Origin: Octopus sinensis
Taxonomy: Eukaryota
Direction: 5' to 3'
Assembly (NCBI RefSeq): GCF_006345805.1
Contig: NC_043010.1
Location: forward strand, 61,938,001 to 62,002,000
DNA: 64,000 nucleotides
The notes under the pieces are model-generated. The model was not told the DNA's origin. It made no database searches and worked only from the letters and a program-made list of their open reading frames with translations. Both the position numbers and the translations under genes were made by a program. Shown one piece after another: positions 50,854-63,068 of this stretch; position 1 is the stretch's first letter, and each line of letters begins with the position of its first letter.

Positions 50854-51759
50854 ACAACAACAACATATATAATGTTTTATGTTTTTATTCTTTTATATAT
50901 TTTACACAAAGGCTCATTATATTTTCCCCCTTTTTTTAGTTATTAATTAATCAATTAATTAATTAATTTTTTTCCTTCTTCTGTTTGTTAAATGATTAAA
51001 AAAAGTCAAAATACTTGAAATTACAATTCACAGTTTCAGAGAGGAGGAGGAAGAGGCGGGGTGGGAAAGAGAGAGGGGAGAGGACAAAAAAAAACAAAAC
51101 AAAATAAAAACAAAAAAAAAATCATTAAAAAAGCAAAAAATGAAAAAAATATGAGAGTTTGTTAAAGGTGGGATGTGGTGGCGTTCATCTGTTTTACAAT
51201 GGGTGGAAAGAAGAGAGAATTAACAATGGATGTAAAACTAAAAAAAAATAACTGAAAAAAAGTAACAAAAAAAAACACATACAGAATAAACAAAAGAAGC
51301 TGTCTCCCCACCGCAGCCCCTTGCCACCAACAAGTTGATCAAAGCCCCTGAAAGATTTGTAGGGATATCATGAACCTACACCTTAACCCAGTGCACCATG
51401 GGGTAAGGAGCTGGAAGAGGAGGGGAAAAGGGGAACCAGCATGAATTATAATTAATGGTATTTAAAAAAAAAATTAAATTAGCGATAACAATAATAATGA
51501 TAATAATAATAATGTTTGCTTTGTTGTCGTTTTATAGGTAGGTTAGGAGGGGTGGGCGTGGGGAGAATGTGTGGTATGGTGGTGGCTTGTAACAAGAGAA
51601 CCATCTTAAGGAAGATATTTAAAAAAAAAAGGATAAAAAGAAATGACACGATTATTATTATTATTACTGTTATTCGTCTTTTTATTATTATTGTTATTAT
51701 TATTATTATTATTATAGTGAGGAGAGTCGGAACAAAGATATGTGAATTATGATGAAACA

Positions 51760-51960
51760 GTGTGTGATGGGAGGAGGAGCATTTGTAATGGGAGGAGAGG
51801 CAAGTATGATGGGAGGAGGGGCATGTGATGAGAGGAGGAGCATGTGATGAGAGGAGGGGAATGTGATGAGAAGAGGGGAATGTGATGGTACGAGGGGCGT
51901 GAGATAGAAAGAGGAAGATGTGTAATGGAAGAAGAGGTGTGTGATGGGAGGGGCATATGT
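51760..51960 (+). repeat. Degenerate purine-rich minisatellite, unit about 18 bp
   Basis: Repeated catgtgatg(g/a)gaggagg(g/a)g-like units. Confidence 0.75.
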
Positions 51961-53068
51961 GACCTTCAGCACCACCACCACCACCACCAGCTTCCATAAC
52001 AACTGCTAAAAACCACTGCCCTTTCTCCCACCCAGTTTTCCTTCATCTAAACCAACTGTTATAGATGGATAGGATCAGGGATGGAGATGAGGGCAGGGCG
52101 GGACACTTAAAGAGACTAGGGGCACAGAGCCATTGATTGAACTAGACAAAAGAATACCATGTACTGTTTTAGAGTCGAGTGTCAGGAGTGATGCTCCATG
52201 TGCATGGACAAGCCCAAAGCCACATGGTCAGAGATGTGAGGAATGAATTAAAAAATAAAGTGACTTTTTGCTTAATACAATATTTGTTGAGCCCCTAAAG
52301 TTGACCCTAATTCAGCAGGAACCTATGACCAAGTGTGATCCAGTTGTGAATATATTTTAGGCATTGTATACCCTGGACTACATTATCCAATGCGACTGCT
52401 GTATCTAGCATGTGAAGTGACCACATAGAGGCACCCTTGCTGGCTTGTTGTATATTTTATGTTGATGTTGATGATAATGATGTTGCTACACTTTGGGTTA
52501 TTTGGCACAAATGACATCCTAGCTTTGGACTAAATATTGTTCTGTCAGCCTAACTTTGGTGCCTCACGTTCTGCGATCAAATGCAGCCAATACAGACTCA
52601 ATTTTGTGTCCCATCTGGATCAATAAACAACCACCAGAACTATACTGGTCGTTGACTCAACTAATCTTCATACCTCCTCCTCCTTCTCTGCCCCATTAAT
52701 TTCTCCCCTGTTGTTACAAAAAAAAACCATTCTAGACTCAGATTCTCAGATGAAAAAAAAAAGCAAAAGACATTTAGAGTTGCTCTAAAGTAATGGTAGG
52801 TGAACCTTATGAACTTTTTTGATACCAAACACCTTGAGACCAACCCCTAATTCTATGATACACATTTCCTGATTCAACCCTTTAGCATTTAAACCAGCCG
52901 TACCTGGCCAAAATATTCCCCCTGCTTTATGTTCGAACAGGTGAGATCCAGCCCCTCACACCTTACAATGTCATTCTAAAAATAAACAATCATATCTTTG
53001 AAATCTTGAAGCTACAAGACATGGTTAATTCAAAACAATGTGAATAAATAAGCCGTCATATTTGACAG

Positions 53069-53367
53069 TGGAGGCACATGGCCTAGTGGTTAGCGCAGCG
53101 GACTCGAGGTCGAGGGATCACGAGTTCGAATCTCAGACCGGGCGATGTGTGTGTTTATGAGTGAAACACATAAGCTTCATGCGGCTCCGGCAGAAGGTAA
53201 TGGCAAACTTCTGCTGACTCTTTTGCCACAACTTTCTCTCACTCTCTCCTCCTGCATCTTGCAGCTCACCTGTGATGGACCAGTGATCTGTCTAGGTGGG
53301 GAACCTATATGCCAAGGAAACCGGGAAACCAGCCCTAATGAGCCAGGTGTGGCACGAGAAGGAACAA
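53069..53367 (+). mobile_element. tRNA-headed SINE with a perfect 13-bp TSD
   Basis: A-box tggcctagtgg and B-box gagttcgaatc. The TSD tcatatttgacag occurs at 53056-53068 and 53368-53380. Confidence 0.85.
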
Positions 53368-54735
53368 TCATATTTGACAGAGTAATCAGGATACTAAAAG
53401 AATTAAAATGAAGTTAGAACCATCCATCCAAACGCCAGCTTAATAACTGACCAAGTTATTTCACTAAATTCTTTGTTATTTTCAAAACCAATTGAAACAA
53501 AGACTCCGTGCTTCAAAACCCTTCCATCAAATTTTTGTGTTAATCAATGTTCTCAACGCCAGTTTAATAATGACAAAATTAATTTTACAATAAGTTATTT
53601 AATAATAAGTTTTATATAGTAGTAAAGTATGTTTTATATAGTAGTAAAAATAATAATATTTAATAATAATAATAATATTTAGTAATAAGTTATTTAATAA
53701 TGACAAAATTTATTTTACTAAATCCGTCATCATTTTCAAATTCAGTTGAGAGAAAGGTGGAGGCAGTGCATTTCAACAGAGCAAGGTAAAACATTTAGGA
53801 AGAACAATCCACATGACCCCCACTCCTGATGTGTCCCGTCTGTATGAATGCCTGTTGTAGAGATACGTCAGTCAGACGTGTCTGTAGCCAGGGAGTTGTC
53901 ATGTCCTAATTGTCAGGCATGTTAATTGAAATTTTAGAATTTAGATCATGAAGTGGGTGGCAGGGGATTGGTTGAGGTAAAGTATTTGGCTGTTGTATTT
54001 AGCATATCAAATAGCCACTTAGAAGCTGCTTCAATGATTAACTAAAATAATGAGATGGGGGAGGGGAGATGGGCGATTAGGGTGGCGAGGTGATGATAAT
54101 TGAGCTAAGGATAACGACGGGATGCTGATGGTGTTGGAGATGATAACGGTGATGGTAATAGCCACACGAACAATGGCAAAGACATTGTGACGGTGATGGT
54201 GGTGGTGAGGGTGGGAATGACTTGGCCATTAAAGGAGGTAGTGGCAGTGATGACATGATGCGGATGATGACGATGACAATAAAGAGGAGAACTGACTGAC
54301 CCCACCAAGTGCAGCTGGGTCAGCCTAGCAACTGCTCCCACCCTACATCGAACCCTTAGATCCTTCCTCCTTACAACCTACAGCTAACTGGTTGTTACCA
54401 TGTAGTGACCACCACATAAGACACATAACAGGGAGGTCACACTGGACTTCAATGGAGAGGGTGAGGTGGGATAAGAGTGGAAAGGGAAGGAGGGACACCT
54501 GCAGCAACCCCAGGTGTTAGTAATGAGCAGGACGAAGGGGTCCATGAATAATGATGACGATGATGATGAGTGATGGTAATAGTGGTGGTGGTGGTGGGTA
54601 TAACAATGGTGACAAACATGACAACAACAACAACAACAAAGGCTATACAAAGATGAAGAGAGGGAGAGAGAAAGAAGGAGAGAGAGTAACAAATGATTAA
54701 TAAAGTGACCGAGAGGACAACGGGCCCTCATCCTG

Positions 54736-56928
54736 CTATTTCGTGGAGTTTGGGTCAATGGCGTGACTCTTTGATGACGTGCTCATGTCTTGAATGCTGG
54801 GCCAAGAGTTCTGTTTGTGCTTCATGCTGCCTGGGAACGTGTTGGGCATGTTGGGCCATCCGCTGCCGGACATGTGGGAGACGGGGAATCCTCTGGCCCA
54901 CAGGTAGTTGTTCTCCCAGCTCTGTGGCATCTCGTGCAGGTATGCAGATGTCATCCAGGAAGTGGTCACTGCCGGCGTCTGCAACCTGACGGCGCTCGGG
55001 TGGTGGGGGTGGTGGGGCGGGTTGAGATGGGGGTGAGGCGACGTGTGGGGCTGGGGCTCACCCCCGGTGCCGTTCATTGCAACACTGTCTGGACTGAGCA
55101 GGTTCGGGTCCATCCCATTGTTCTTTAGGCCAGGGGGCGTCTTTTGGGAATCCGATGTAGACAGATGCAGCGGGTCCTGTTTACTGTTGCCATGGCAACT
55201 GCTCCTGTTGTTGTTGTTGTTGTTTGTGGCAGCACCATTGTCCGAGGGGGTACCAGCAGTGGAGCCGTCGTTACCATTGAACGACGACGGTGTAGAAGAC
55301 GGTGGCGTTTTGATGTGGCCGGAATCCTTAATCCTTGCAGCTGCGGCTGCTGCTGCTGCCGCCGCCGCTGCTGCTGCTGAGGCCTGGGCAGACATGCCGG
55401 GAACTAAGGTCAACGGGGTCACTGAATTCGAAGAGGATGTCTGTGAGGACAGAGACATGGAAGTTGGTGGGTTTTTCGTGAAGAGTTCACATCCAGTGCG
55501 AGTGCGTTTATGGTTATTCAGGTTGGCCCTTTGTGAGAAGCTTTTCCCACACACGTCACACTGGTACGGTTTCTCGCCAGTGTGGACCCTAAGATGAGTT
55601 TTCAGGTTGCCACGCTGTGCAAACGTCTTGTTGCACACGGTGCAGTAGTAAGGTTTCTCACCCGTGTGCACTCGTTCGTGGTTGCGGAGACCGATTTCCA
55701 AGCTGAACGCTTTCGAACACATCGAACACTTGAAGAGGTCGCCGGTGTGTGTCCGCCTGTGGTTGTTTAAATTGGTTCTTTGAGAGAAACACTTACCACA
55801 GAGGTCGCAAGAATAGGGTTTGACCCCTGTGTGTGTTCGCATGTGGATGTTAAGGTTGCCCAGCTGACTGAACGCCTTCACGCACACGGAACAACTGTAC
55901 GGTTTGTCGCCCGTGTGAATCCGTTCATGGTTCTTGAGAGCAGTCTGCTGTGAAAAGTCCCGTCCACAAAACGAACACTTGTAAGGTTTCTCCCCCGTAT
56001 GAATGCGTTCGTGACTCCTCAGGTTAATCTGCAGGCTAAAGGCTTTCCCACAAAACGCACACTTGAACATGTCCCCAGTGTGTATACGCCTATGGTTATC
56101 CAAGTTCGTCCTCTGGGAGAACCGTTTCCCACAAGTTTCGCACTCGTAAGGCTTTTCCCCGGTGTGTGTTCTCAGATGAATGTTGAGGTTTGCATGCTGG
56201 GTGAAAGCTTTCTCACATATCGTGCATTTGAACGGCCTTTCCCCCGAGTGAGTCCTTAAGTGTGTGCTCAAGTTACCGAGTTGAGTGAAGCTTTTTTTAC
56301 AAATAGTACAACTGAAAGGCTTTTCGCCCGAGTGTGTTCTTTCGTGGTTCCGCAAGGCTGCTTTCTGAGCGAAAGCTCTGCCACATGTGGCACAGCAGAA
56401 CGGTTTCTCGGCCGTGTGTGTCAGTTCGTGTGTTTTCAAATTAATCTGCTGCGTGAAGCCCTTCTTGCAGAATGTGCAATAGTACTGTTTGTTGTTGTTG
56501 TTGTTGCCGCTGTTGTTGTTGTTGCTGTTGTTGTTGTTGTTGCCAGTGCCGCCACCACATGTTCCTCCTCCACCTCCGCCACCAGCACCACCACCGCCGC
56601 CGCCAGCACCATCGTTGTTGCCGTTGCCGCTACCCATGTTTCCAGTATTGCCTCCAGGTGGGGCCACCAGTGGCCTCATCGACTGTGTCATGTGACTACT
56701 GCTGTCGTGCATGTGGTCTGGGCTGCTCAGGCCAGGAGAGAAATCCTTGCGGTACGAGTCTGGCATCTGGGAGTGTTGCTTGCCAACGGAACCGAAAGAC
56801 TTCTCAGACAGAAGAAGGCCCTTCTCGTGGCATTTTGAGAAATGTTCATTGGGGTAGAAGCTAGTGGGCTGGCTGTAGATGTTGGGCTGATGGTTGCCCA
56901 TGGCATACATAAACTGTGCGGGATACAT
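54736..56928 (-). CDS. C2H2 zinc-finger protein, about 730 aa, single coding exon, 12 tandem fingers (last degenerate), with poly-G/N/A tracts and a His/Pro-rich C-terminus
   Basis: The ORF track starts at a TTG (56940); the first ATG is at 56928 (atcATG). There are 12 consecutive fingers with TGEKP-type linkers at about 55498-56484. The frame is open upstream, so an N-terminal extension from a spliced exon cannot be excluded. Confidence 0.95.
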   Translation of the reverse strand: MYPAQFMYAMGNHQPNIYSQPTSFYPNEHFSKCHEKGLLLSEKSFGSVGKQHSQMPDSYRKDFSPGLSSPDHMHDSSSHMTQSMRPLVAPPGGNTGNMGSGNGNNDGAGGGGGGAGGGGGGGTCGGGTGNNNNNSNNNNSGNNNNNKQYYCTFCKKGFTQQINLKTHELTHTAEKPFCCATCGRAFAQKAALRNHERTHSGEKPFSCTICKKSFTQLGNLSTHLRTHSGERPFKCTICEKAFTQHANLNIHLRTHTGEKPYECETCGKRFSQRTNLDNHRRIHTGDMFKCAFCGKAFSLQINLRSHERIHTGEKPYKCSFCGRDFSQQTALKNHERIHTGDKPYSCSVCVKAFSQLGNLNIHMRTHTGVKPYSCDLCGKCFSQRTNLNNHRRTHTGDLFKCSMCSKAFSLEIGLRNHERVHTGEKPYYCTVCNKTFAQRGNLKTHLRVHTGEKPYQCDVCGKSFSQRANLNNHKRTRTGCELFTKNPPTSMSLSSQTSSSNSVTPLTLVPGMSAQASAAAAAAAAAAAAAARIKDSGHIKTPPSSTPSSFNGNDGSTAGTPSDNGAATNNNNNNRSSCHGNSKQDPLHLSTSDSQKTPPGLKNNGMDPNLLSPDSVAMNGTGGEPQPHTSPHPHLNPPHHPHHPSAVRLQTPAVTTSWMTSAYLHEMPQSWENNYLWARGFPVSHMSGSGWPNMPNTFPGSMKHKQNSWPSIQDMSTSSKSHAIDPNSTK

Positions 56929-57381
56929 GATGAAGGGCAAATGTGCTGAGACACGAAATCCAACACAAACCTTTTGGATTTCACTTGGAGAAGAAAGACG
57001 ACACAGATAAACTTCCGACTTAGGGAAGAGGGGTAATTTTTTTTTAGGGTTTTTAAAAAGATTTTTTGGTTATTTCTTTTCTTTTTTTCTTGTTTTTTTT
57101 TTTGTTTTTTCAGTAAAAAAAAAATGTGTTTTCCTTGTTGTCAATGTCAGACCAGGGAGCAAAACCGAATGTTTTTGTCACTTGCCAGGGCTGTCATATA
57201 GCTGTAGATACCTTCCTCCAAACGTGTACATCTTGTTTGGTGATGATGATGTTGGTGATGGCAGCAATAGCAACAACAACTTTCACCATTCTTTGTTCGC
57301 AATGTCTGGAAGAGCTTTCCAGAAACTCTGTTGCAATGATTTTCTCGACATTCAGACCTCAGGATCACAGCTGGAATCATC

Positions 57382-57410
57382 CCTAAAATAGAAAAAAAAA
57401 AAAAAAACTT
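57382..57410 (-). promoter_or_regulatory. Candidate splice acceptor of a 5' UTR exon of ZNF gene 2
   Basis: Minus strand long T-run + ctattttag|GGATG at 57383/57382. Further acceptor-like sites lie at about 56984 and 56946. Confidence 0.4.
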
Positions 57411-59475
57411 AAAATTTAAAAATAAACAATTATATCACAAATAACAACACTTTATTCAATTAATTTTCTTAATTTCTCTTTATTATTATTATTATTAATT
57501 ATTATTCACCTCTGCCAGTACGGAAGGCAGACGTTAAACGATGATGATGAGAAAAGTGGCAAGCTGGCAGAATCGTTAGAACGTTGGATGAAATGCTTAG
57601 TGGTATTTAGCCTGGTGCTACGTTCTGAGTTCAAATTCCGCCAAGGTCAACTTTGCCTTTATTTTTTCAAGGTCAATGAATTAAGTACCAGGGAAACACT
57701 GAGGTCAAAGTAATCGATTAGTCCCCTTCCAACAAGTTTCAAGCCTTGTGCCTTTAGTAGAAAGGATTATTATTATTATTATATTATTGCTGGAGCACTG
57801 CCTTTAATTGAACAAATCGACCCCGGGACTAATTCTTTGTAAGCCTAGTACTTATTCGATCAGTCTCTTTTGCTGAACCTCTAAGTGATGGGGACGTAAA
57901 TACACCAGCATCGGTTGTCAAGCGATGTTGGGAAGACAAACACACACATACATATATATATATATATGTACAAAGGGCTTCTTTCAGTTTCTGTCTACCA
58001 AATCCACTCACAAAGCTTTGGTCAGCCTGAGGCTATAGAAGACACTTTCCCAAGGTGCCACACAGTGGGACTGAACCCAGAACCATGCGGTTGGGAAGAA
58101 AGCTTCTTACCACACAGCTACTCCTGCACCTTGAAGAGTTTTTAATGAAATGAATGGACCCCAGTACATATTCTGTCAGTATCTGTTGATGGACAGCTAA
58201 GTTATAACATAAACACACCAGTACCAGTTGTCAAATGGTGGCAAGGACAAAAATTACGCAAAGACACATATACACACATATATATATACATATATGATAG
58301 GCTTCTTTCAGTCTCAGTTTCAAGGCTACAGTAGAAGACACTTGCCCAACGTGTCACGCAGTGAGACTGAACCCAGAACCATGCGGTTGCGAAGAAAGCT
58401 TCTTACCACGCAACCATGCTTGAAGTTAATAAAGAAACCATATTCCACCGAGATCGACTTTGCCTTTCATCTTTTCAGGGTCAATAAAATAAGTACCAGT
58501 GAAATACTGGGGTCGATGGAATCGACTATCCCCACCTCCTCAAATCTCAGAACCTGTGCCTTTAGCAGAAAGGATTATTATTATTATTATTATTATCGTT
58601 AGCATGCCAGTCACAATGCTTAGAGGCATTTCATCCGTCTTTATATTCTGCCAAGGTCAACTCAGCCTTTCATCCTCTCAGGATCGATAAATTAAGTACC
58701 AGTGGAAAACTGGGGGTCGATGCAATCAACTAGTTCCCTCCTCCAAAATTTCAGTCCTCGTTCCTACAGTAGAAAGGATTATTATCATTATAAATCGGAT
58801 GCATTTTCCCCTGGTTCTTTACGGTGTTCAATTCCTACCAAGGTAAACCCAGCCTTTGATCCTTTTGGGTTCCGACCAGACAAGAACTGAGGTTGATGTC
58901 ATCGACAGCCCCCCTCACCACAAAATTCAGGCCTTGTTCCCATACTGGAAAGGATTATTATTACTATTATTATTATTATTATTATTATTAAGATGTCAAT
59001 GGCGTGAAGATGCGGTCGAGCCCTGCATGAAATAGCATGCAATATTTAGTTATGTCCCTTTACATTCTGAGTTCAAATCCCGCTGATGTCTCAAGGTGGC
59101 TTTCATCTTACTGAAATCAATAGAATACATAATACAATGAGATCTCGCAACTGATGCAAACCCCTATTTGATATCCCACCCTTAAAACATACCACTTTGG
59201 GCCTTTCAAACAAATGATTATCGGTGGGAGACAGAACAAACAGTCGTGACAGACTGGCAAGTTCAGTTATCTCCCCTTACGTTCTTGGTTCAAATCTCAC
59301 AAGGGTTAATACGCGCCCCTTGATGCAGAAATACGAAGTAGTTGATTGGATTTGATTACTATAAACTCCCACAAATTGGTCGAGCGTGTATATATATATA
59401 CACACACACACACAACACAACACAGTGAGAAAGAGTGCTCAACAAACAGAATTGGCATATACAAGACATACACGC

Positions 59476-59530
<55 letters not shown>

Positions 59531-59962
59531 TAGATAGATACCTAAGTATATACGTATATGTGTATACATACACATATATACAACACAGACGTGTGTGTAT
59601 AGATCTATCTATCTATTTATCTATATAGATAGATACGCTCACACGCATACACACCCTGATACAAGTTACTCACTCCTCCACCACCCCACATCCATTCTCT
59701 CCCCCTCCAACCCACTCACAACCTATCACTATCTACCATACGACGCCCCCCCCCCTCCACATACACACAGACCCATTTATACGGGTAGAGACAGGCGGTC
59801 ACCCCGTCCAGTCTCTTCCCCGTCGCTGTTTTCCCTCCATTGCCTTAACTGTTTAATCTCGGCTGTCTAACAGAAACGCTTCATGCGGTTGGACATTAAA
59901 TAAAAGTAGTCTATAGGAAAGAACGGCCGAGTAAACTTGTTGCCTGTATTCAATACGTTCAA

Positions 59963-60001
<39 letters not shown>

Positions 60002-60012
60002 ATCACACACAG

Positions 60013-60047
<35 letters not shown>

Positions 60048-60654
60048 CATAGATAACACACATACATACTTCAAATGACACATAACCAGCCAGATTGTCA
60101 GATAGATGGACAGATAGAGCACGAAAAGGAGAGAGAAAAAGATAGACAGAGAAAGATACGCAAAGACATTTGTCTATACACAATAACGTGTGTGTGTGTG
60201 TGTGTGTATACACAGACGAAAGGTGTTCTGTAGCAGCCAAGGTTGGGACAGGCATTGCTCAGTGAATCCTTTAATGTGAAAGGAATTAAGGTGGTACAAG
60301 GGAGCTTTATACATTTCTGGGCGGATACTAGGAGCAGCAAGTAGGGAGGGTGAATTGAAATGGCTTCAAGCAGCGACTGAAAAAATGTTACAGCTTCGGT
60401 TAGCAAAAGGGAAGGGTAACCCCCGACCATCACCACCACCACCGGGTATTTGTCACTGAACAAGAGTTAAAAAGAGATTTGATTTCCTACACATAAGTTG
60501 GGCTGAGAGATAAAACACTTCCCTGTAGAAACAGAGACAACTTTCAGAGAATGGTCTCGTGTCTGTCCTGCTACTGCAGACCTATGGCGAATGACACTAC
60601 GGCCTTGACCATCTGTCTTTTATTCTGCTACAGTGTATCTAGGACTACACCAAC

Positions 60655-60850
60655 CGATGTGTACTTAAAACAAAGGAAGTGAAAACTGTAGTGAAGAAGC
60701 GGCTCGGAAAACAGTCAACAGAATTTTACGGGGCAGGGATACATGCTCTCATTCGATGGTGGAACATTGCTATTGAGAGAAATGGTGACTATGTTGAGAA
60801 GTAGGGATGTGATCCACAGAGGACCAGCTTCATTTTGATGTATGATACAC
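60655..60850 (+). mobile_element. Mariner transposase C-terminal fragment
   Basis: VKKRLGKQSTEFYGAGIHALIRWWNIAIERNGDYVEK* matches the mariner C-terminal FY..GI..L..RW....GDYVEK pattern. Confidence 0.75.
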
Positions 60851-61245
60851 GTTCCTGTGTTGGTTTGAGAAGAGTTGGCAAGCGAGAAGACCGCACTGAT
60901 TTCCAATGTATGCTTTGGCATGGTTTCTATAGCTGGATGCTCTTCCTATTTGTGGCACTACCACCAGTGAGTAACTTGCAAGACAGGACCCTTTCTCTGA
61001 GACAGGGTGCAGTATCAAAACAGGTAGGTTTAAGCCAGGAGCTGAAATATGAGAAGCAATAACAGGTGTCTTGCTCAAGTGGAAGTACATGGTTTGTGGT
61101 AAGAAGTTCATTTCCCAATCACATGGTCCCAGGTTCAGTCCTACTGCATGGCACTTTTGGCAAGTATCTTCTACTATAGCTTTGCGTCGACCAAAGCCTT
61201 GTGAATGGATTTGGTAGACGGAAACTGAAAGAAGCCCATTGTATG

Positions 61246-61280
<35 letters not shown>

Positions 61281-61820
61281 TGTGTTTCTTTTTGTCCCCC
61301 ACCACTGCTTAACAACTGGTGTTGGTGTGTTTACATCCCCATAACTTAGCAGTTCGGCAAAAGGGTCTGATAGAATAAGTATCAAGCTTAGGATAAAAAA
61401 GTACTGGGATCGTCAAGGTGGTGCCCCAGCATGGCCGCTGTCTAATGACTGAGACAAGTAAAAGATAAAAGATCTGATACTGATTGTTGAGAAAGACCCA
61501 AGACCTCAGACTTTGGAGTAGGAGCTTTCCAATTGTATTGACCCTAGTATCTTACTGGTACTTTATCAAATTTGGAAGGCTGAAAGGCAAAGCTGACTTT
61601 AGCAGGATTTGAACTCAGAACATACAGAAGCACAACTGGATACTCTAAAGTATTTTGTCCCATGTGTTACCAAGTGTACCAAACTTGTTGGCACAAGGCT
61701 GTGTATTTGGGGGTGGTGATGGGGGAAAACAAATGAATTAACCACAGCATATTACAGGTACTCTTCTCATGGACCATTGAGGGATGAAGGAAGAAGACAG
61801 CTCTAGTGAGCTTAGTCAAC

Positions 61821-62052
61821 ATTATTTACATTTGACAGATATTTGTCCTCATCTTGTTTGTTGTTAACACAACTTTCCGGCTGATATACCCTCCAACCTT
61901 CTTCAGGTGTCTTGGGGAAATTTCAAACCTGGGTTCTCATTCCTAAGGTATTTTTTGATGTTGTTATTAATATTATTATTCAGATCACTGCTTGGAATCG
62001 AACTCGGGATCTTGGGGTTAGTAGCCAGCGCTCTTAACCACTAAACCATAGC
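61821..62052 (-). mobile_element. SINE family P: tRNA-derived head plus a Penelope-like tail with a hammerhead-like motif
   Basis: A-box tggtttagtgg (62038-62048) and B-box gagttcgattcc (61994-62005). The tail reads gacac-ctgaaga-a-ggttg..cagcc-ggaaa-gtt-gtgtt. Confidence 0.7.
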
Positions 62053-62132
62053 CTCCTTGCTTCCCAGACCCCAGTTGAACTGTCCAACCCATGCTAGCAT
62101 GGAAAACAGACATTAAACGATGATGATAATGA

Positions 62133-62169
<37 letters not shown>

Positions 62170-62319
62170 GGCTTCTTTCAGTTTCTGTCTACTAAATCTA
62201 CTTACAAGGCTTTGGCTGACCCAAGGCTGTAGTAGAAGACATTTGCCCAAGGTGCTACGAAGTGGGACTGAGCCCAGAACCATGTGGTTGGGAAGCAAGC
62301 TTCTTACCACACCGCGACA

Positions 62320-63068
62320 CGGTGACCTTATATCAAGATAAACAGTGCATGACCTTGCACGTGGGACCCACGTAGAGTTTTCTTCAGGTCGAGTAGCCCA
62401 TCCCACTCAAAAGATCCCTGGATAATGGTTGTTTAAGGATGTTGAACGAAACACCCATGTTTCCAGAGGTGAATTATTCAAACCCCAAAGAATCCCTCTC
62501 AAAACATGGCTATGATGCTCCCCCACTACTTCTGCTTGTGAGCAGAGATGCACATATCGTCAGCCACCAAGGGACATGCTCAACTGGTTAACCAGCAAAT
62601 CTGTGGTATTGAGCAGAATATTTGCTGTGGCCCATATTTTATACCAAGACAAAACAATGTACCAGTGGTGGTGCCCCAGCATGGCCACGGCCTTCGGGCT
62701 AAAACATTTTTAAGGATTTAAGGATTTATGATAACATTTCCAATCAGTTAAGATCAGAAGCCATGAGAGCCACTGCTTGGTACTGCATCAGGGCACTTAT
62801 TATTATTATTATTGAGTGAGAGAGCAGTGCATGCCATCAAAGTGACACTGGGATAAAATATACGAAGCCCAATTTACCCATCATGACTACCCGTCTGATA
62901 AGGGTACACTAGGCACATGCATCACAACCATATGTGCATGACGTGGTGATCTCATATCAAGATAAACAGCGCATGACCTTGCAGGTGGGGCCCAGTTAGA
63001 ATTTTCTTCAGGTCGAGTAACCCATCCCACTCGAAAGGTCCCTGAATAAGGGTTGTTTAAGGGTGTTG
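62320..63068 (-). mobile_element. Two overlapping fragments of an unclassified repeat with an (AAT)n tail
   Basis: 62320-62450 and 62940-63068 share atatcaagataaacag.gcatgaccttgca...cttcaggtcgagta.cccatcccactc. Confidence 0.6.

Noticed and set aside
56929-56940. TTG start given by the ORF track for ZNF gene 2
   Set aside because: Eukaryotic gene; an in-frame ATG four codons later has a purine at -3.
57147-57380. 77-aa ORF upstream of ZNF gene 2 as a separate gene
   Set aside because: Low complexity with no recognisable domain; at most a uORF in a 5' UTR exon.
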